64,000 bases of DNA, from contig OZ243961.1 of the NCBI GenBank assembly GCA_965214605.1, forward strand, positions 704,001-768,000, in the 5' to 3' direction. The position numbers and the translations under genes were made by a program. The notes beneath the pieces were generated by a model that was not told the DNA's origin, made no database searches, and saw only the letters and a program-made list of their open reading frames with translations. Below, piece by piece: positions 18,220 to 30,233 of this stretch. Position 1 is the first letter of the stretch; the number at the start of each line of letters is the position of its first letter. This DNA is from an uncultured Candidatus Binatia bacterium (lineage in GTDB: Bacteria; Desulfobacterota; Binatia; Bin18).

Positions 18220-20670
18220 ATGGCAGACATTAGGGTCCGTGCTGGCGAGGACGAAGAGGCTCAAGGACATGGAGTCGTCAGCTTTGAAGAAGATCCTGGG
18301 GATATTGTTGTCCCGACCGAACTCCCAATTCTTCCCCTACGCGGGGTGGTCGTTTTTCCCTCCGCAGTTGTTCCCCTGTTGATCTCACGGGGATCCTCTC
18401 TTCAACTGGTTGAAGATTGTCGCAACAACGACAACCTCCTCGGCTTAGCCGCTCAAAAAAACCCCGAAGACGAGAATCCCGATCCCACCGCCCTGTTTTC
18501 GCGCGGCAGTGCCGGACGGATTCTGAAAATGCTCAAATACCCCGACGGCAGTGTTCGCATTCTCGTCCAGGGGCTGAAACGTATTGAAATCCGGAACTAT
18601 CTGCAACATGAGCCGTATCTGCGGGCCAGCGTGGCTCATCTACAAGACGTCGTCCAGCCGGCTTCTGAGGATCTTGACGCGCGTCAAGCGCACCTAGTCA
18701 GCCAGTTTACGAAGTTTGTGTCCCAAGTCCCCTATCTGCCGGACGAATTGCAGGGTGTGGTCATGAACATCAAAGATCCGGGCCGGGTCGCCGACCTAAT
18801 TGGCTCGAATCTCAACATCTCGGTCGAAGAAAAGCAGGATCTGCTCAACACGCTCGACGTCAAGGAGCGTCTGGAAAAACTGTCAGCTATTTTGAGTCGG
18901 GAGGGCGAGTTGGTTGAACTCGGCCATAAGATTCAGTCCCAGGTCCAGAGCGAGCTGAACAAAAACCAGAAAGAGTTTTATCTTCGTCAACAGATGCGGG
19001 CGATCCAAAAAGAACTCGGCGAGGGAGACGCCAAAAGTAACGAGATAGAGGATCTGCGCAAGAAGATCGAAGAGGCCAGTATGCCGGAGGAGGCTCGCAA
19101 AGCCGCAGATAACGAGCTCGAACGGCTGCGCATCATTCCTCCCGAGTCGGCCGAACACTCGATGGTCCGGACCTATCTCGAATGGCTGGTCGATCTGCCC
19201 TGGGCAGTGACGACAGACGACAATCTGGACATGGTCCATGCCCGCCAAGTGCTGGACGAGGATCACTACGATCTGGAAAAGATTAAGGATCGTATTCTTG
19301 AATACCTGGCTGTCCGCAAGTTACGCCAAGATCCCAAAGGACCGATCTTGTGTTTTGTCGGCCCTCCGGGCGTCGGGAAAACGTCGCTGGGGCGCTCAAT
19401 CGCCCGGGCCATGGATCGGAAGTTTGTACGTCTGTCGCTGGGAGGCGTGCGCGACGAGGCCGAAATTCGGGGCCATCGCCGGACCTATATTGGCTCCCTG
19501 CCGGGTCGGATTATTCAGTCGTTACGGACCGCCGGGTCTAACAATCCGCTGTTCATGCTCGACGAGATTGATAAGCTAGGCATGGATTTTCGAGGTGACC
19601 CGGCCTCGGCCCTGCTTGAAGTGCTCGATCCAGAACAGAATTTTTCGTTTGCCGACCACTATCTCGAGGTGGCTTTTGACCTCTCCAAGGTCATGTTCAT
19701 TACCACTGCCAACTATCTTGAGCCAGTGCCGCCAGCCCTGCGTGACCGTATGGAGGTCATTGAGTTAGCCGGCTACACGGAGGAAGAGAAGCTAGAGATC
19801 GCCAAACGCCATTTAATGCCCAAGCAGATCACCGAAAACGGCCTGACAAACGACCTCATTGAGTTTACCGACGAAGCACTCCTCAAAATCTCCAGGAGTT
19901 ACACCCACGAAGCGGGCGTGCGGAACCTGGAGCGTGAGATCGGCAGTGTGTGCCGCAAAATTGCCCGGGCGGTAACAGAGGGACAAACCGAAAAGGCGAC
20001 GCTTTCAGCTGAAAGAGTGACCGCGCTGCTCGGTCCGGAGAAATTCTTTCCCGAGGTTGCCGAACGCACTCAAGATCCAGGAGTTGCCATCGGTTTGGCC
20101 TGGACGCCCAACGGCGGCGATATCCTGTTCATCGAAGCCACCCGCATGACCGGAAAAAAAGGGCTGACCCTCACCGGCCAGCTGGGCGAGATAATGAAAG
20201 AATCGGCCCAAGCCGCCCTGTCCTACATTCGCTCCAAGGCCAACCGCCTGGGCCTGGCCCCAGACTTTTACGAAAACTGCGATCTACATATTCATGTGCC
20301 AGCCGGTGCCATTCCCAAAGACGGCCCCTCAGCGGGGATCACCATGGCCACAGCGCTAGCCTCCTTACTGACCAACAGACCGGTCAACTCCCATATCGCC
20401 ATGACCGGCGAGATCACCTTACGCGGCAAGGTAATGCCTATCGGCGGAGTCAAAGAGAAAATCCTGGCGGCTCGCAGAGCTGGGGTCAAAACGGTTATTC
20501 TGCCCAAGCGGAACGAAAAAGATCTTGAGGACGTGCCTCCCAACGTCCGTGAAGAAATGGAGTTTCGCTTTGTCGACAGTATCGATGAGGTCTTAGACTT
20601 AGCATTGTCCCAGCAGGCTGTTCCGGTTGACACGCAGGAGGCCGGCGTCCAAGCTCCAGCCCCGTCATAA
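18220..20670 (+). CDS. lon: ATP-dependent protease La (Lon)
   Basis: Lon N-domain [38 protein letters not shown] catalytic Ser; RBS GGAGG. Confidence 0.97.
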   Translation: MADIRVRAGEDEEAQGHGVVSFEEDPGDIVVPTELPILPLRGVVVFPSAVVPLLISRGSSLQLVEDCRNNDNLLGLAAQKNPEDENPDPTALFSRGSAGRILKMLKYPDGSVRILVQGLKRIEIRNYLQHEPYLRASVAHLQDVVQPASEDLDARQAHLVSQFTKFVSQVPYLPDELQGVVMNIKDPGRVADLIGSNLNISVEEKQDLLNTLDVKERLEKLSAILSREGELVELGHKIQSQVQSELNKNQKEFYLRQQMRAIQKELGEGDAKSNEIEDLRKKIEEASMPEEARKAADNELERLRIIPPESAEHSMVRTYLEWLVDLPWAVTTDDNLDMVHARQVLDEDHYDLEKIKDRILEYLAVRKLRQDPKGPILCFVGPPGVGKTSLGRSIARAMDRKFVRLSLGGVRDEAEIRGHRRTYIGSLPGRIIQSLRTAGSNNPLFMLDEIDKLGMDFRGDPASALLEVLDPEQNFSFADHYLEVAFDLSKVMFITTANYLEPVPPALRDRMEVIELAGYTEEEKLEIAKRHLMPKQITENGLTNDLIEFTDEALLKISRSYTHEAGVRNLEREIGSVCRKIARAVTEGQTEKATLSAERVTALLGPEKFFPEVAERTQDPGVAIGLAWTPNGGDILFIEATRMTGKKGLTLTGQLGEIMKESAQAALSYIRSKANRLGLAPDFYENCDLHIHVPAGAIPKDGPSAGITMATALASLLTNRPVNSHIAMTGEITLRGKVMPIGGVKEKILAARRAGVKTVILPKRNEKDLEDVPPNVREEMEFRFVDSIDEVLDLALSQQAVPVDTQEAGVQAPAPS

Positions 20671-20717
20671 CCCGTTGCAGCGGAGCATTGCTCCGCCATT
20701 CTGCCGTATATCGCGTG

Positions 20718-21581
20718 ATGAAACCAGTCAAAAAAGCGGTGATCCCGGCAGCCGGGATCGGGACCCGTCTATTGCCGGTCACCAAAGTGTTGCCCAAAGA
20801 ACTGCTACTCGTTGTTGATCGGCCGGCCGTCCAGTACGTTGTTGAAGAGGCTAGCGCCGCCGGTATTACCCACCTCATCTTTGTGATTAGCCGATCCAAG
20901 CAAAACATCGGACGCTATTTTGCTCCCGCTGAACAGCAGCTCGCCGACCGAGACAAGTACGCCCTGCTCTCCGGTCTCAATGCCTTGCTCAAGCGCATCA
21001 CCGTTAGCTGTGTATACCAGGAGGAGCCACGCGGCTTGGGCCATGCTGTCTTATGCGCCCAAGAGGCCGTTGGAGACGAGCCGTGCATTGTGATTTTGCC
21101 CGACGATTTGGGCCAGGCCGATCCGCCGCTGAGCGCCCAACTGCTTCAGGTCTATGCACGAACGGGCAGAGGAGTGCTGGCCTTAGAGCAGATTCCGCGC
21201 CAAGACATTCATCGTTACGGCGTTATTGCCGGCCACCAAGAAGCGCCCCGAACCTATGCCATTTCAGATCTAGTCGAAAAGCCCGCACCCGGGACCGAAC
21301 CGTCGGATTTAGCTATTATCGGTCGCTACGTGTTGCCTCCCGAGATTTTTCCTATTCTGACTCAAGTGCAGCCCGGAGCGGGCGGAGAAGTCCAGCTGAC
21401 GGACGGTTTACGCGTGCTTCAGCAGCGCCACGGGCTGTACGGCTACGTCTTTACCGGGCGTCGGCACGACGTCGGCACGATCCCGGGCTTGCTTGAAACA
21501 ACAATCCGTTTGGCCTACCACAACCCGAGTCTGCGCGAACGGCTGCGCGAGATCATCACAGAGCTTGTGGATGAGCAGTAG
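20718..21581 (+). CDS. galU: UTP--glucose-1-phosphate uridylyltransferase
   Basis: KAVIPAAGIGTRLLP.TK.LPKE, EPRGLGHAV, LVEKP, GEVQLTD. Confidence 0.93.
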   Translation: MKPVKKAVIPAAGIGTRLLPVTKVLPKELLLVVDRPAVQYVVEEASAAGITHLIFVISRSKQNIGRYFAPAEQQLADRDKYALLSGLNALLKRITVSCVYQEEPRGLGHAVLCAQEAVGDEPCIVILPDDLGQADPPLSAQLLQVYARTGRGVLALEQIPRQDIHRYGVIAGHQEAPRTYAISDLVEKPAPGTEPSDLAIIGRYVLPPEIFPILTQVQPGAGGEVQLTDGLRVLQQRHGLYGYVFTGRRHDVGTIPGLLETTIRLAYHNPSLRERLREIITELVDEQ

Positions 21582-21603
21582 ACATCACTCGGAGGGATAC
21601 AAC

Positions 21604-22986
21604 GTGCACTATTTCTGGTCGGGGCTCGCTCTTTTGCTCCTCGCTTTATTCCTGTTCTCGCCCCCTGTTTCCGGCCAGATTCCTGATGGCGGCTGGCAGG
21701 TCAGCCAAGACCGGCTGGACAACGGCCTGACAGTCTTACTGCTTGAAGACCATCGAGCACCGGTTGTCACCCTTCAGGTGTGGTATAAGGTCGGCTCCCG
21801 CAATGAACAGCTCGGCCTCACCGGTATCTCGCACCTGCTTGAACACCTCATGTTTCGCGGTACCCCAAAATACGGTGAAGGCGAGTTTTCGCGCTTGATC
21901 AAAGAGCACGGCGGTATCCTCAACGCCTTTACCAGCACTGACCACACCGTTTATTTTGAGCGAATCAGCACCCCCCATCTGGATCTCATCCTTGAACTTG
22001 AAGCCGACCGCATGGCCAATCTGAACCTCAACCAGACCGATCTCGAGGCCGAGCGTCAGATTGTGATGGAAGAACGCCGCTTACGCACCACCGATGATCC
22101 GGCTTCCGCTCTATGGGAACAGGTCAGCGCGACCGCATACACGGCCCATCCCTACGCCTGGCCGATCATCGGCTGGCAACGTGATCTGGAGTCCATCAGC
22201 TTGGCCCAAGTCAAGCGCCATCGACAGACCTATTATACTCCCGGCAACGCCATCCTCATCATTGCCGGAGATATCAGCCGCCAGACCGTTCTGCCTAAAA
22301 TCAAAGCGACCTTTGGCACTATCCCAGCCGGACCACCAGCCCCTCCGGTCACCGCGCTTGAGCCGCCGCAGCGCGGCGAGCGGCGAGTCACATTCAAACG
22401 CCCGGCGGCCCTTCCTCTATACATTGCCGCCTATCAGGTGCCGAACATCCGCGGCCAGGACAGCCCAGCCCTCTCTGTCCTGGCCGTTATTCTGGGGAGC
22501 GGGCAGAGTGCACGCTTACAGAAAACCCTCGTTGAAGAACACGGCTTGGTCCTCAGCGCTAACGCCGGTTACAACGAAACGGCCCAAGACGCCCCCCTAT
22601 TCACCCTGTCAATGCGAATCGCTCCAGGCAAAACCTGGCAGGCAGCAGAGACGGCGCTGTTCGACCAGATCGAGCAGCTCAAAACGCAGGCGGTTACCGA
22701 CAGAGAACTCGAACGGGCCAAGAACCTGCTCGAATCGCATTTCATCTATGGACAGGACTCGTTGTTTTACCGGGCGATGCAGCTTGGACAGTACGCATCG
22801 CTGGGCGATTGGCAGCTCGTGCAACGTGTGGTGCCAAATCTGCGTGCCGTCACCTCCTCAGAGGTCCAACTGGCCACCCAAACGTATTTGCGAGAAGACA
22901 ACCGTACCGTCGGGGTGTTGATTCCCGAGGGTCAACCCATACACGAGCGACCCAGCGGCAGCCTAGGCGGCCGGATCGTCCATTAG
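21604..22986 (+). CDS. M16 family zinc metallopeptidase, catalytic subunit, with signal peptide
   Basis: HLLEH (HxxEH), NAFT, LEADRM, VMEERR; GTG start behind GGAGG. Confidence 0.9.
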   Translation: MHYFWSGLALLLLALFLFSPPVSGQIPDGGWQVSQDRLDNGLTVLLLEDHRAPVVTLQVWYKVGSRNEQLGLTGISHLLEHLMFRGTPKYGEGEFSRLIKEHGGILNAFTSTDHTVYFERISTPHLDLILELEADRMANLNLNQTDLEAERQIVMEERRLRTTDDPASALWEQVSATAYTAHPYAWPIIGWQRDLESISLAQVKRHRQTYYTPGNAILIIAGDISRQTVLPKIKATFGTIPAGPPAPPVTALEPPQRGERRVTFKRPAALPLYIAAYQVPNIRGQDSPALSVLAVILGSGQSARLQKTLVEEHGLVLSANAGYNETAQDAPLFTLSMRIAPGKTWQAAETALFDQIEQLKTQAVTDRELERAKNLLESHFIYGQDSLFYRAMQLGQYASLGDWQLVQRVVPNLRAVTSSEVQLATQTYLREDNRTVGVLIPEGQPIHERPSGSLGGRIVH

Positions 22987-22995
22987 GAGTCTGGA

Positions 22996-24396
22996 GTGAG
23001 GGAGACAAAAAAGCGTTTTTCCGCCCTGTTGGGCGGCCTGGGCATCTTGGGACTGCTGCTCGGGTCGGCCGAGGCTGCCCCAATTGCTGCCCGGACCGTT
23101 CTGGACAATGGAGCCATCCTCCTAGTCGCCGAACGTCCGGGCGTGCCGATGGTAGTGATGAACATCATGCTCAAAACCGGCTCAACCGCCGATCCGATCG
23201 GCAAAGCCGGTGTCGCCAATCTGACCGCACAGTTGGTAACGCGTGGCACCCAGCAGTATAGCGCCCAGGCGCTGGCCGAAGCGTTCGATTTTCTGGGTAC
23301 CTCGGTGTCCGTTTCGGCGGGCTACGAAACAACGACCGTGTCCGTGACCAGCCTCACGAAGAATCTTGAGCCGTCTTTAGGGCTGCTAGCCGAGGTACTA
23401 ATCCATCCGACCTTTCCGTCTGAGGAATTTGAGCGCGAGCGGACGGAGGTTCTCGGCACTATCCGCAGCCAGGAAGAAAACCCGAGCTGGGTTGCCGACA
23501 AAGCATTTCGAGAGAAACTGTACGCCGATCATCCGTTTGGACGCCTGATCGACGGCGAGCCAACGACGCTGGCTCGCCTCACACCGGCCGATATCACCAG
23601 CTTCTACCACACCTATTATCGACCGAATAACGCGATCATCGGGATTGCCGGTGACCTATCACAAGCGCAAACACAAGAACTCTTGACCCGGTCCCTAGGC
23701 GCTTGGCAGTCTGCTCCCGTCCCCCCGGTCGATTGGCCGGCTGATCCCGGTCCTGTTGCCGGCCAGGTCCTCATCGACAGACCGCTCAGTCAGGCCAATA
23801 TCATCCTTGGTCACCCTGGCGTGGCACGCCACAATCCGGATATCTACGCCATCCGGGTTATGAACCATATCCTTGGTAGGGGTGGCTTTGGCTCACGCCT
23901 GGTCGACCGTATTCGCGAGGAGCTGGGCCTGGTCTACAGCGTGACCAGCCATTTCAGCAGCCACAAACACGCTGGCCCCTTTCGGATCCTCCTGCAAACC
24001 AAAAACGCCAGCGCTCAACAGACCATTGAGGAGACGATCGGCATGATGCGGCGTTACGTCGAGGAAGGGGCGACCGCCACAGAACTCGACGCGGCCAAGG
24101 CGTATTTGGTCAACAGCTATCCGCTGGGGTTGGTCTCCAACCGACAGATTGCCGGTCTACTGCCCGCCCTCGAATTCTACGAGCTGGGCCTCGACTATCC
24201 CGATCGCTATCCGGACATTATTCAGGCTCTGAACCTGGACCAGATCAAGGCCGCAGCCAAGAAGTACCTCCACCCCGATATGCTCTTACAAGTGGTCGTG
24301 GCCAACCTGGAACAGGCTCGGCTGACCCCGACAGACACTAAGCCTCCGGCGGAAGCTGCCGTCGAGCCGGCCCGGTCCCACGAACACCAATCCTAG
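22996..24396 (+). CDS. M16 family peptidase, non-catalytic subunit
   Basis: No HxxEH (GVANLT instead), ILGRGGFGSRL..RIREELGLVY; signal peptide. Confidence 0.88.
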   Translation: MRETKKRFSALLGGLGILGLLLGSAEAAPIAARTVLDNGAILLVAERPGVPMVVMNIMLKTGSTADPIGKAGVANLTAQLVTRGTQQYSAQALAEAFDFLGTSVSVSAGYETTTVSVTSLTKNLEPSLGLLAEVLIHPTFPSEEFERERTEVLGTIRSQEENPSWVADKAFREKLYADHPFGRLIDGEPTTLARLTPADITSFYHTYYRPNNAIIGIAGDLSQAQTQELLTRSLGAWQSAPVPPVDWPADPGPVAGQVLIDRPLSQANIILGHPGVARHNPDIYAIRVMNHILGRGGFGSRLVDRIREELGLVYSVTSHFSSHKHAGPFRILLQTKNASAQQTIEETIGMMRRYVEEGATATELDAAKAYLVNSYPLGLVSNRQIAGLLPALEFYELGLDYPDRYPDIIQALNLDQIKAAAKKYLHPDMLLQVVVANLEQARLTPTDTKPPAEAAVEPARSHEHQS

Positions 24397-24419
24397 CCGT
24401 CCCCGGCCGTACTCCGACT

Positions 24420-25412
24420 ATGTTGCCAATTGGGAAACTACCAGTTGAGCTGCTCAAGACCTGCCTCGGCCACCGAGGCGTGGCAGACCCGCGGGTTGTC
24501 ATCGGCCCCCGCTTTGGCGAGGACTGTGCAGTTATTGATATCGGCGAACAGTATCTGCTGGTCAAAACCGATCCGGTCACCTTTACTGCCAAACATATCG
24601 GCTGGTACGCTGTTCATATCAACGCCAACGATATTGCCACCATGGGAGGCCGGCCACAGTGGTTTCAGGCCTGTCTGCTGTTTCCCCCGGACACCAGCCG
24701 GGAGACAGTTCAAGACGTGTTTCGCCAAATAGACGAAACCTGCCGGAGCCTTGGGGTGACTGTCAGCGGTGGTCACACCGAAGTGACCCAGGCGGTCAGT
24801 CAACCGGTTGTGGTCGGCACCATGTACGGAGTGGTTGACAAGGCCGGACTGATCACCTCAGCCGGAGCCCGACCGGACGACCTCATCGTCATGACCAAGA
24901 CGGCCGGCCTGGAAGGGACGAGCATTTTGATTGCGGAAAAAGCTGCAGAACTCCGCGCCCAGCTTGGAACGGCGCGCTGGCAGGAAGCCTTCCGCCTGGC
25001 TCAGACGCTTGGTATTTCTATTATCACCGAAGCCGCTCTGGCCGCCCAGCATAGGGCCAGCGCCATGCACGATCCGACCGAAGGTGGCATAACCATGGCG
25101 CTGTACGAGTTGGCCTCGGCTTCGGACCACGGCCTGCGGATTGAGCTTGACGCGATTCCGGTTTTGCCGCTGACGCGGGACATTTGTGACTCCTTTCAGA
25201 TCAATCCACTGGGCCTCCTGAGTTCCGGGACCCTCCTGTTGACGATTTCGCCCCGGCGTTGGCCGGCACTCCGGGCCAGTCTTGAGGCCGAGGGCATAGC
25301 CGCCCAGGTGATCGGCTCGGTACAGGCTGCTCCTGGCATAGTCGCATTTGCCAAGGGAAAGCCGACGAACTTCGTCTGCAGTGAAACCGATGAGTTGGCG
25401 AAGGTGCTCTAA
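24420..25412 (+). CDS. AIR synthase-related protein (HypE/ThiL/PurM-like superfamily)
   Basis: GKLP, GEDCAV, KTDPVT, NANDIA, SGGHTE, MHDPTEGG. Confidence 0.85.
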   Translation: MLPIGKLPVELLKTCLGHRGVADPRVVIGPRFGEDCAVIDIGEQYLLVKTDPVTFTAKHIGWYAVHINANDIATMGGRPQWFQACLLFPPDTSRETVQDVFRQIDETCRSLGVTVSGGHTEVTQAVSQPVVVGTMYGVVDKAGLITSAGARPDDLIVMTKTAGLEGTSILIAEKAAELRAQLGTARWQEAFRLAQTLGISIITEAALAAQHRASAMHDPTEGGITMALYELASASDHGLRIELDAIPVLPLTRDICDSFQINPLGLLSSGTLLLTISPRRWPALRASLEAEGIAAQVIGSVQAAPGIVAFAKGKPTNFVCSETDELAKVL

Positions 25413-25739
25413 AAAGGCGGAGCAAATGCTGCCATCCGTAGGCGACACGATCAAGCTTTCGACCTTGGCCATCGTAGTATGGAAGCTAGTGGAATAACAA
25501 TTTTCGGAGTCCACGTTATTGTCATCCGGGCTCACGGTTTCGGGCTATAGTCGGGTATCTTGAACATATTTGATCTTCATGAGCCATATCACCGATCGAA
25601 AAAGGATAATCGCATCGGAGTGCCGAAATGGGAAGATTCGGTCGCTTGCTTTTTCTCACTACCTGGTGACGGCTTACGATCAGGGCTTATAGTGTTTACA
25701 CCTTGCTGAGGCTCGTACTGGGCCGCTGGAGTCATACGC

Positions 25740-27245
25740 GTGGAACATTTCGATATTTTGATTGTGGGGGCCGGGCTGTCCGGGATTGCTGCCGGCTATC
25801 ATCTGCAGACGAGTTGTCCGGGCCGGACCTACGCCATTCTTGAGCGGCGCGACACAATCGGGGGCACCTGGGATCTCTTCCGCTATCCAGGCATTCGCTC
25901 GGACTCGGACATGTACACGCTGGGCTACTCGTTCCGCCCCTGGAACGATCCACAGGCCATTGCCGACGGACCGGCGATCTTGCGCTATGTGAATGAGACG
26001 GCCGCGGAATACGGCATCACGAGCAAGATTCGCTTTGGCCACCACGTCAAGCGGGCATCGTGGTCAACGGCCGAGGCATCCTGGACTGTAGAGACGGAGC
26101 GGACCGACACAGGCAAACCCTGCCGTTTCACCTGCAACTTCCTCTTCATGTGCAGTGGCTACTATAACTACGACCAAGGCTATACACCGGAGTTTAGCGG
26201 AACCGACAAATTCCGAGGGCAAATCGTCCATCCGCAGCAATGGACTGAAGACGTCGCATACGCGAACAAACGCGTAGTGGTGATTGGCAGCGGCGCGACC
26301 GCCGTGACTCTGGTGCCCGAAATGGCCAAGACAGCGGCACACGTCACCATGCTCCAACGTTCGCCGACCTACATTATCGCCATACCGTCAGAGGAGCATC
26401 TGGCGAACCTCCTCCGGCGTTTTCTGCCCAACAGCCTCGTTTACAGCCTAATCCGCTGGAGGAACGTGCTCCTGGTAACCTGCTTCTTCTGGTTCTGTCG
26501 GCGTTACCCAAAGCGGGCCAAGACGTTCATTCTCAATCGCGTCCGAGCTGCGCTCGGCCCTGACTACGACGTTGAACAGCATTTCAGACCGCACTACAAC
26601 CCCTGGCAGCAGCGCTTGTGTCTGGCACCGGACAACGATTTCTTTGAGGCACTCAAGACCGGACAGGCTTCGGTTGTCACCGACCACATCGAGAGCTTCA
26701 CTGAGCTGGGTATTCGGCTGCGCTCAGGCGAAGAGATTGAGGCCGATCTCATCGTGACAGCGACAGGCCTCAATCTTCAGCTGCTCGGCGGTCTTGACGT
26801 GACGGTCGATGGTGAGCGGATCGATTTCTCAAAGACCCTGACCTACAAAGGCATGCTGTTCGGCAATGTCCCGAATATGGCTCTCGCGAGCGGCTACACA
26901 AACGCGTCCTGGACCCTGAAATGCGACCTCACCTGCAAGTACGTTTGTCGTCTCCTTAACCACATGTGGGCGAAAGGCTACGACCAGTGCTGTCCGCGTC
27001 CCTACGACCCGGATATTGAGCTGGAGCCTCTGCTGGATTTCACTTCGAGCTATATCCAGCGCTCGATTGACGCCTTTCCCAAGCAGGCCCAAGCAAGGCC
27101 CTGGAGAGCATATCAGAACTACATACTCGATATCTGGTCAGTGGCCTACGGTTCGCTTGAAGACGATGTGCTGGAGTTCACCCGGCGACCGGCAGTACCA
27201 CACCAGGTTTCCGCCACGGATATGCCGGCGCAGGTAGCCGACTGA
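25740..27245 (+). CDS. FAD-containing Baeyer-Villiger-type monooxygenase, EthA-like
   Basis: GAGLSG, GGTWDLFRYPGIRSDSD, FRGQIVHPQQW (FxGxxxHxxxW), GSGATA, GYTNASWTLK. Confidence 0.9.
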   Translation: MEHFDILIVGAGLSGIAAGYHLQTSCPGRTYAILERRDTIGGTWDLFRYPGIRSDSDMYTLGYSFRPWNDPQAIADGPAILRYVNETAAEYGITSKIRFGHHVKRASWSTAEASWTVETERTDTGKPCRFTCNFLFMCSGYYNYDQGYTPEFSGTDKFRGQIVHPQQWTEDVAYANKRVVVIGSGATAVTLVPEMAKTAAHVTMLQRSPTYIIAIPSEEHLANLLRRFLPNSLVYSLIRWRNVLLVTCFFWFCRRYPKRAKTFILNRVRAALGPDYDVEQHFRPHYNPWQQRLCLAPDNDFFEALKTGQASVVTDHIESFTELGIRLRSGEEIEADLIVTATGLNLQLLGGLDVTVDGERIDFSKTLTYKGMLFGNVPNMALASGYTNASWTLKCDLTCKYVCRLLNHMWAKGYDQCCPRPYDPDIELEPLLDFTSSYIQRSIDAFPKQAQARPWRAYQNYILDIWSVAYGSLEDDVLEFTRRPAVPHQVSATDMPAQVAD

Positions 27246-27813
27246 GACATCCATTCTCCATAGGCAGACCCCACACGCTGTGTCGCCCTGTGAACGCTTG
27301 GGCATAAGCCAGGGATGTCGGCTTGGGGGCCACTCATTTTCGAGGCCCTTAATTGTAGCCAACTCAAGAATCGTCCGGCCTTCCTCTTGGCTGAGACTCC
27401 GTTTCTCGACCAGTTCCCCAATGCCCAAAGCACTTGTCGTTTTCACCCAGCACTTTTCAGCGGAGACATTCCTATTTGAAGATGTGACTCGGAAATACGT
27501 CTTTGTCATCATCCTATATCATGCGACACAGAAGCATTTGCCCACTTCTGTCGGTCTGAGTTCATGTCTGCCCTCCTTGAATCCAAGCAGCCTTTAATGA
27601 ACCGTTCTTGCCGACGCTGGTAAATCCCCATTCAAGTTTTCACCGGCCCACTATTTGAACTTATCCCATATCTGCGCACGTCGCCGAATCCGGAATGCTG
27701 AGATGATAGGCAAGGATTAATCCAAAGAATACCACTACACTGCCCAGATCGGTACCAATAGAGGGCTGGAACTTCGTAATATGACCCTCTTTCGGCTATT
27801 CGTCCTTGCTCTT

Positions 27814-28875
27814 CTACTCGGTCAGAGACTGCCTTATACCCAACAGATCCCCCATTCTTTGCTCGTCCAGAAGAAACTGGAGACATACGGGAACGGGGGC
27901 ATCTCCGTTTTGGAAGAGCTGAACGCGAGCTCCAATCTCGTTCCCCAACACCGCGTTGTTAAAGACGATTACGCCATTGAGACGAGTTAGGGCATCACAA
28001 AACGTTCCGGTATTTTTTATGTTCCCTTCCTGGTCTAGGCCGAACAACATTTGGGGTACATCGCCCCATGAAAGCTCGCTACTGGCCGCATTCACCGCTA
28101 CCAGGAACGGCCTTCCTCGAAAGTTGGCACCTCCCCAATGCTTTGCTTTCCTGCAAAGGGAAGCAGCAAGATGGCGCTTCCCGTCCATCGCACCACCGCG
28201 TTCTAGTCCCCATACACGGCCTCTTGATGACGTCGGAGGACCAAGTTGGATCTCTAACGTCCAGTCACCCTCGTTGATTTCAATAGAAGGACATCCTGCA
28301 AAGCCATATAGATAGTATGCTTTCTCAATGTCGGCAACAGAATGGTCTTTCAGCAGCTTTTGTATGGGTTTGACGACTCGGTTAGCGGCCAACGTCTTTT
28401 GCAGTTTTTGCAGTGTCCCTCTTTTGCGGGAGAGATAGATATTGACTGGTGGATCCAGGAACTCTCTTTTCACCTTCTCTACAACGTCCTCCTCGTTCGA
28501 ATTGGGGTCGAGGTAACTTTTTCCCAGTCCACTCACAGTAGCCTCGATGTAGAATGCCTCATCGGCATCTTTAGCGAGAAAGTCAATCTTGTTGTCTCTG
28601 CATACGAAGTCTGGCTCGATTTCGACCAAGCACCCAATTCTTCGCAGAATGATGTAAACCTGCAGCTCGAAGAGAGCTCCCTGAAAGTTGTCATCTTTTT
28701 TCAGCCGACTTTTAATTCCATGCTGTTTGCTACACGGCAATTCTCTGAACCACTACTCGATCCATTGCCGCCTTATCAAGTCAGCTGGACGGTTCGACCA
28801 TTGCAGGCGGTCAAAGATGGTTTTCCCATGTTCGCTCTTTCCGCCTATTTGTTTAACATCTTCAAAAAGAGTCAT
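27814..28875 (-). pseudogene. Hypothetical PD-(D/E)xK nuclease-like gene interrupted by one in-frame TAG
   Basis: MTLFED...WIE, TAG at 28753-28755, then WFRELP...ALFEL...IDFLA...FYIEAT in the same frame. Confidence 0.6.
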
Positions 28876-29166
28876 ATGTTCGCGTCCCCTTCTCTCATGT
28901 CTCTCACATAGCGTAGCGCTCCGACATATTCTCGCTCCAGACAAATAAACCTGTTCTCATCCGAGTCAGATCAAAAGTTCGCTTCTCATCTATGACGGCA
29001 GACGGGTGATTCCCGCAGTTCCCACTTCTGGTCTGGAAGCGGCGTCAAGGTCGTGCCCGGACGAGCGCTGGCATGCGATCAAGGAGTGCTTCTAAAGCAC
29101 GCCTCTGCCGGCGCAAAACTTTCCCCTTCTCCGGGCGGCGTACGGCTGTTCGCAGCGCAGCCCCTC

Positions 29167-30230
29167 CTAATCCGTGGCGGCAAGCGCAGGCTGCTGGATC
29201 TCGAGTTGGGCATATATCCTCCCTAGGTGCGGTATGATCTTGGTGGCGAACATTTCTATGTTCTTCAGCGTCTTGTCGTGCGGCATGTTGCCAAAGTACA
29301 ACAGAACCGGTCTCACTCCAAAGCCGAGCGTTTCCGTCGCATGCTCCAAGCGCTGACACATGGTGTCCACCTACCCGCAATGTAGAAGCCCCAAGTGATA
29401 CGGCCGCGGGAGATGCTCGGCCCTTCCTTGGCCTTGGCGTTCGTGTCGGCCACATACACCGGATAGACATGGCCAAGCCGGTAGAGCGAGGACGTGTCAC
29501 CGAACTTTTCGGGACGCTCGCGAGAACATGTCGAAATACCTCTTGATCAGCTTTTCCGGCAGATACACGGCTAGATAGGTATGCTTCCGGTCCGGGTTGG
29601 GGGTGTACATCACTCAATCGTCCCAGAACAGCCACAATTCGGAATCCAGATCTTTAATAGCTGTTGCAGCGGTCAGGGTCAGACGGGAGCATAATGGACT
29701 TTAAAGCGCTTGCCCTACCAGGAGAAGGGTCCGGGGTCGGTCCAGGTCCTGAGAATCAGGTCATGGGCCTCACGAAAACGGTTCATCAAACAGCCGGGGT
29801 TAATGCCCATTGAGAAGTACTCGTGGCCGATACCGCGCCCGAAACCGCAAATGACTCGTCCGCCGGTGACTACGTCTAGCATAGCTGCTTCCTCAGCTAC
29901 CCGCAGCGGAGGCGCGAGGGGAGGCCATCGCCGACAATCGCAATGCTGAGCCGCGAGGTGCGTCGCGCCAGCATGCTTCTATAATGTTGGGAGCCGACAT
30001 CGTACCATAGGCGTTCTGGTGGTGCTCGTTGACGCACGGGCCGTGAAAGCCCAGCGTTTCGGCGCACTCCAGCTCGTCCAGATACCGGTTGGACAAATAC
30101 TGGCCCTCCGCCGGGTTATAACGGTCGTTGGATAGCGTGACTCAGGCCAACGGATACCTCTGTCTGGCAGGGCGACAAAGTCTTGGGGAGGAGAGGGTTA
30201 CGGCATGGGATGAAATGCGTAGAACTCCAG
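29167..30230 (-). pseudogene. Degraded LLM-class oxidoreductase
   Basis: Fragments in several frames: EFYAFHPMP*, YLDELECAETLGF...NEHHQNAYGTM, GNMPHDKTLKNIEMFATKIIPHL; multiple stops and frameshifts; boundaries approximate. Confidence 0.7.
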
Positions 30231-30233
30231 GAC

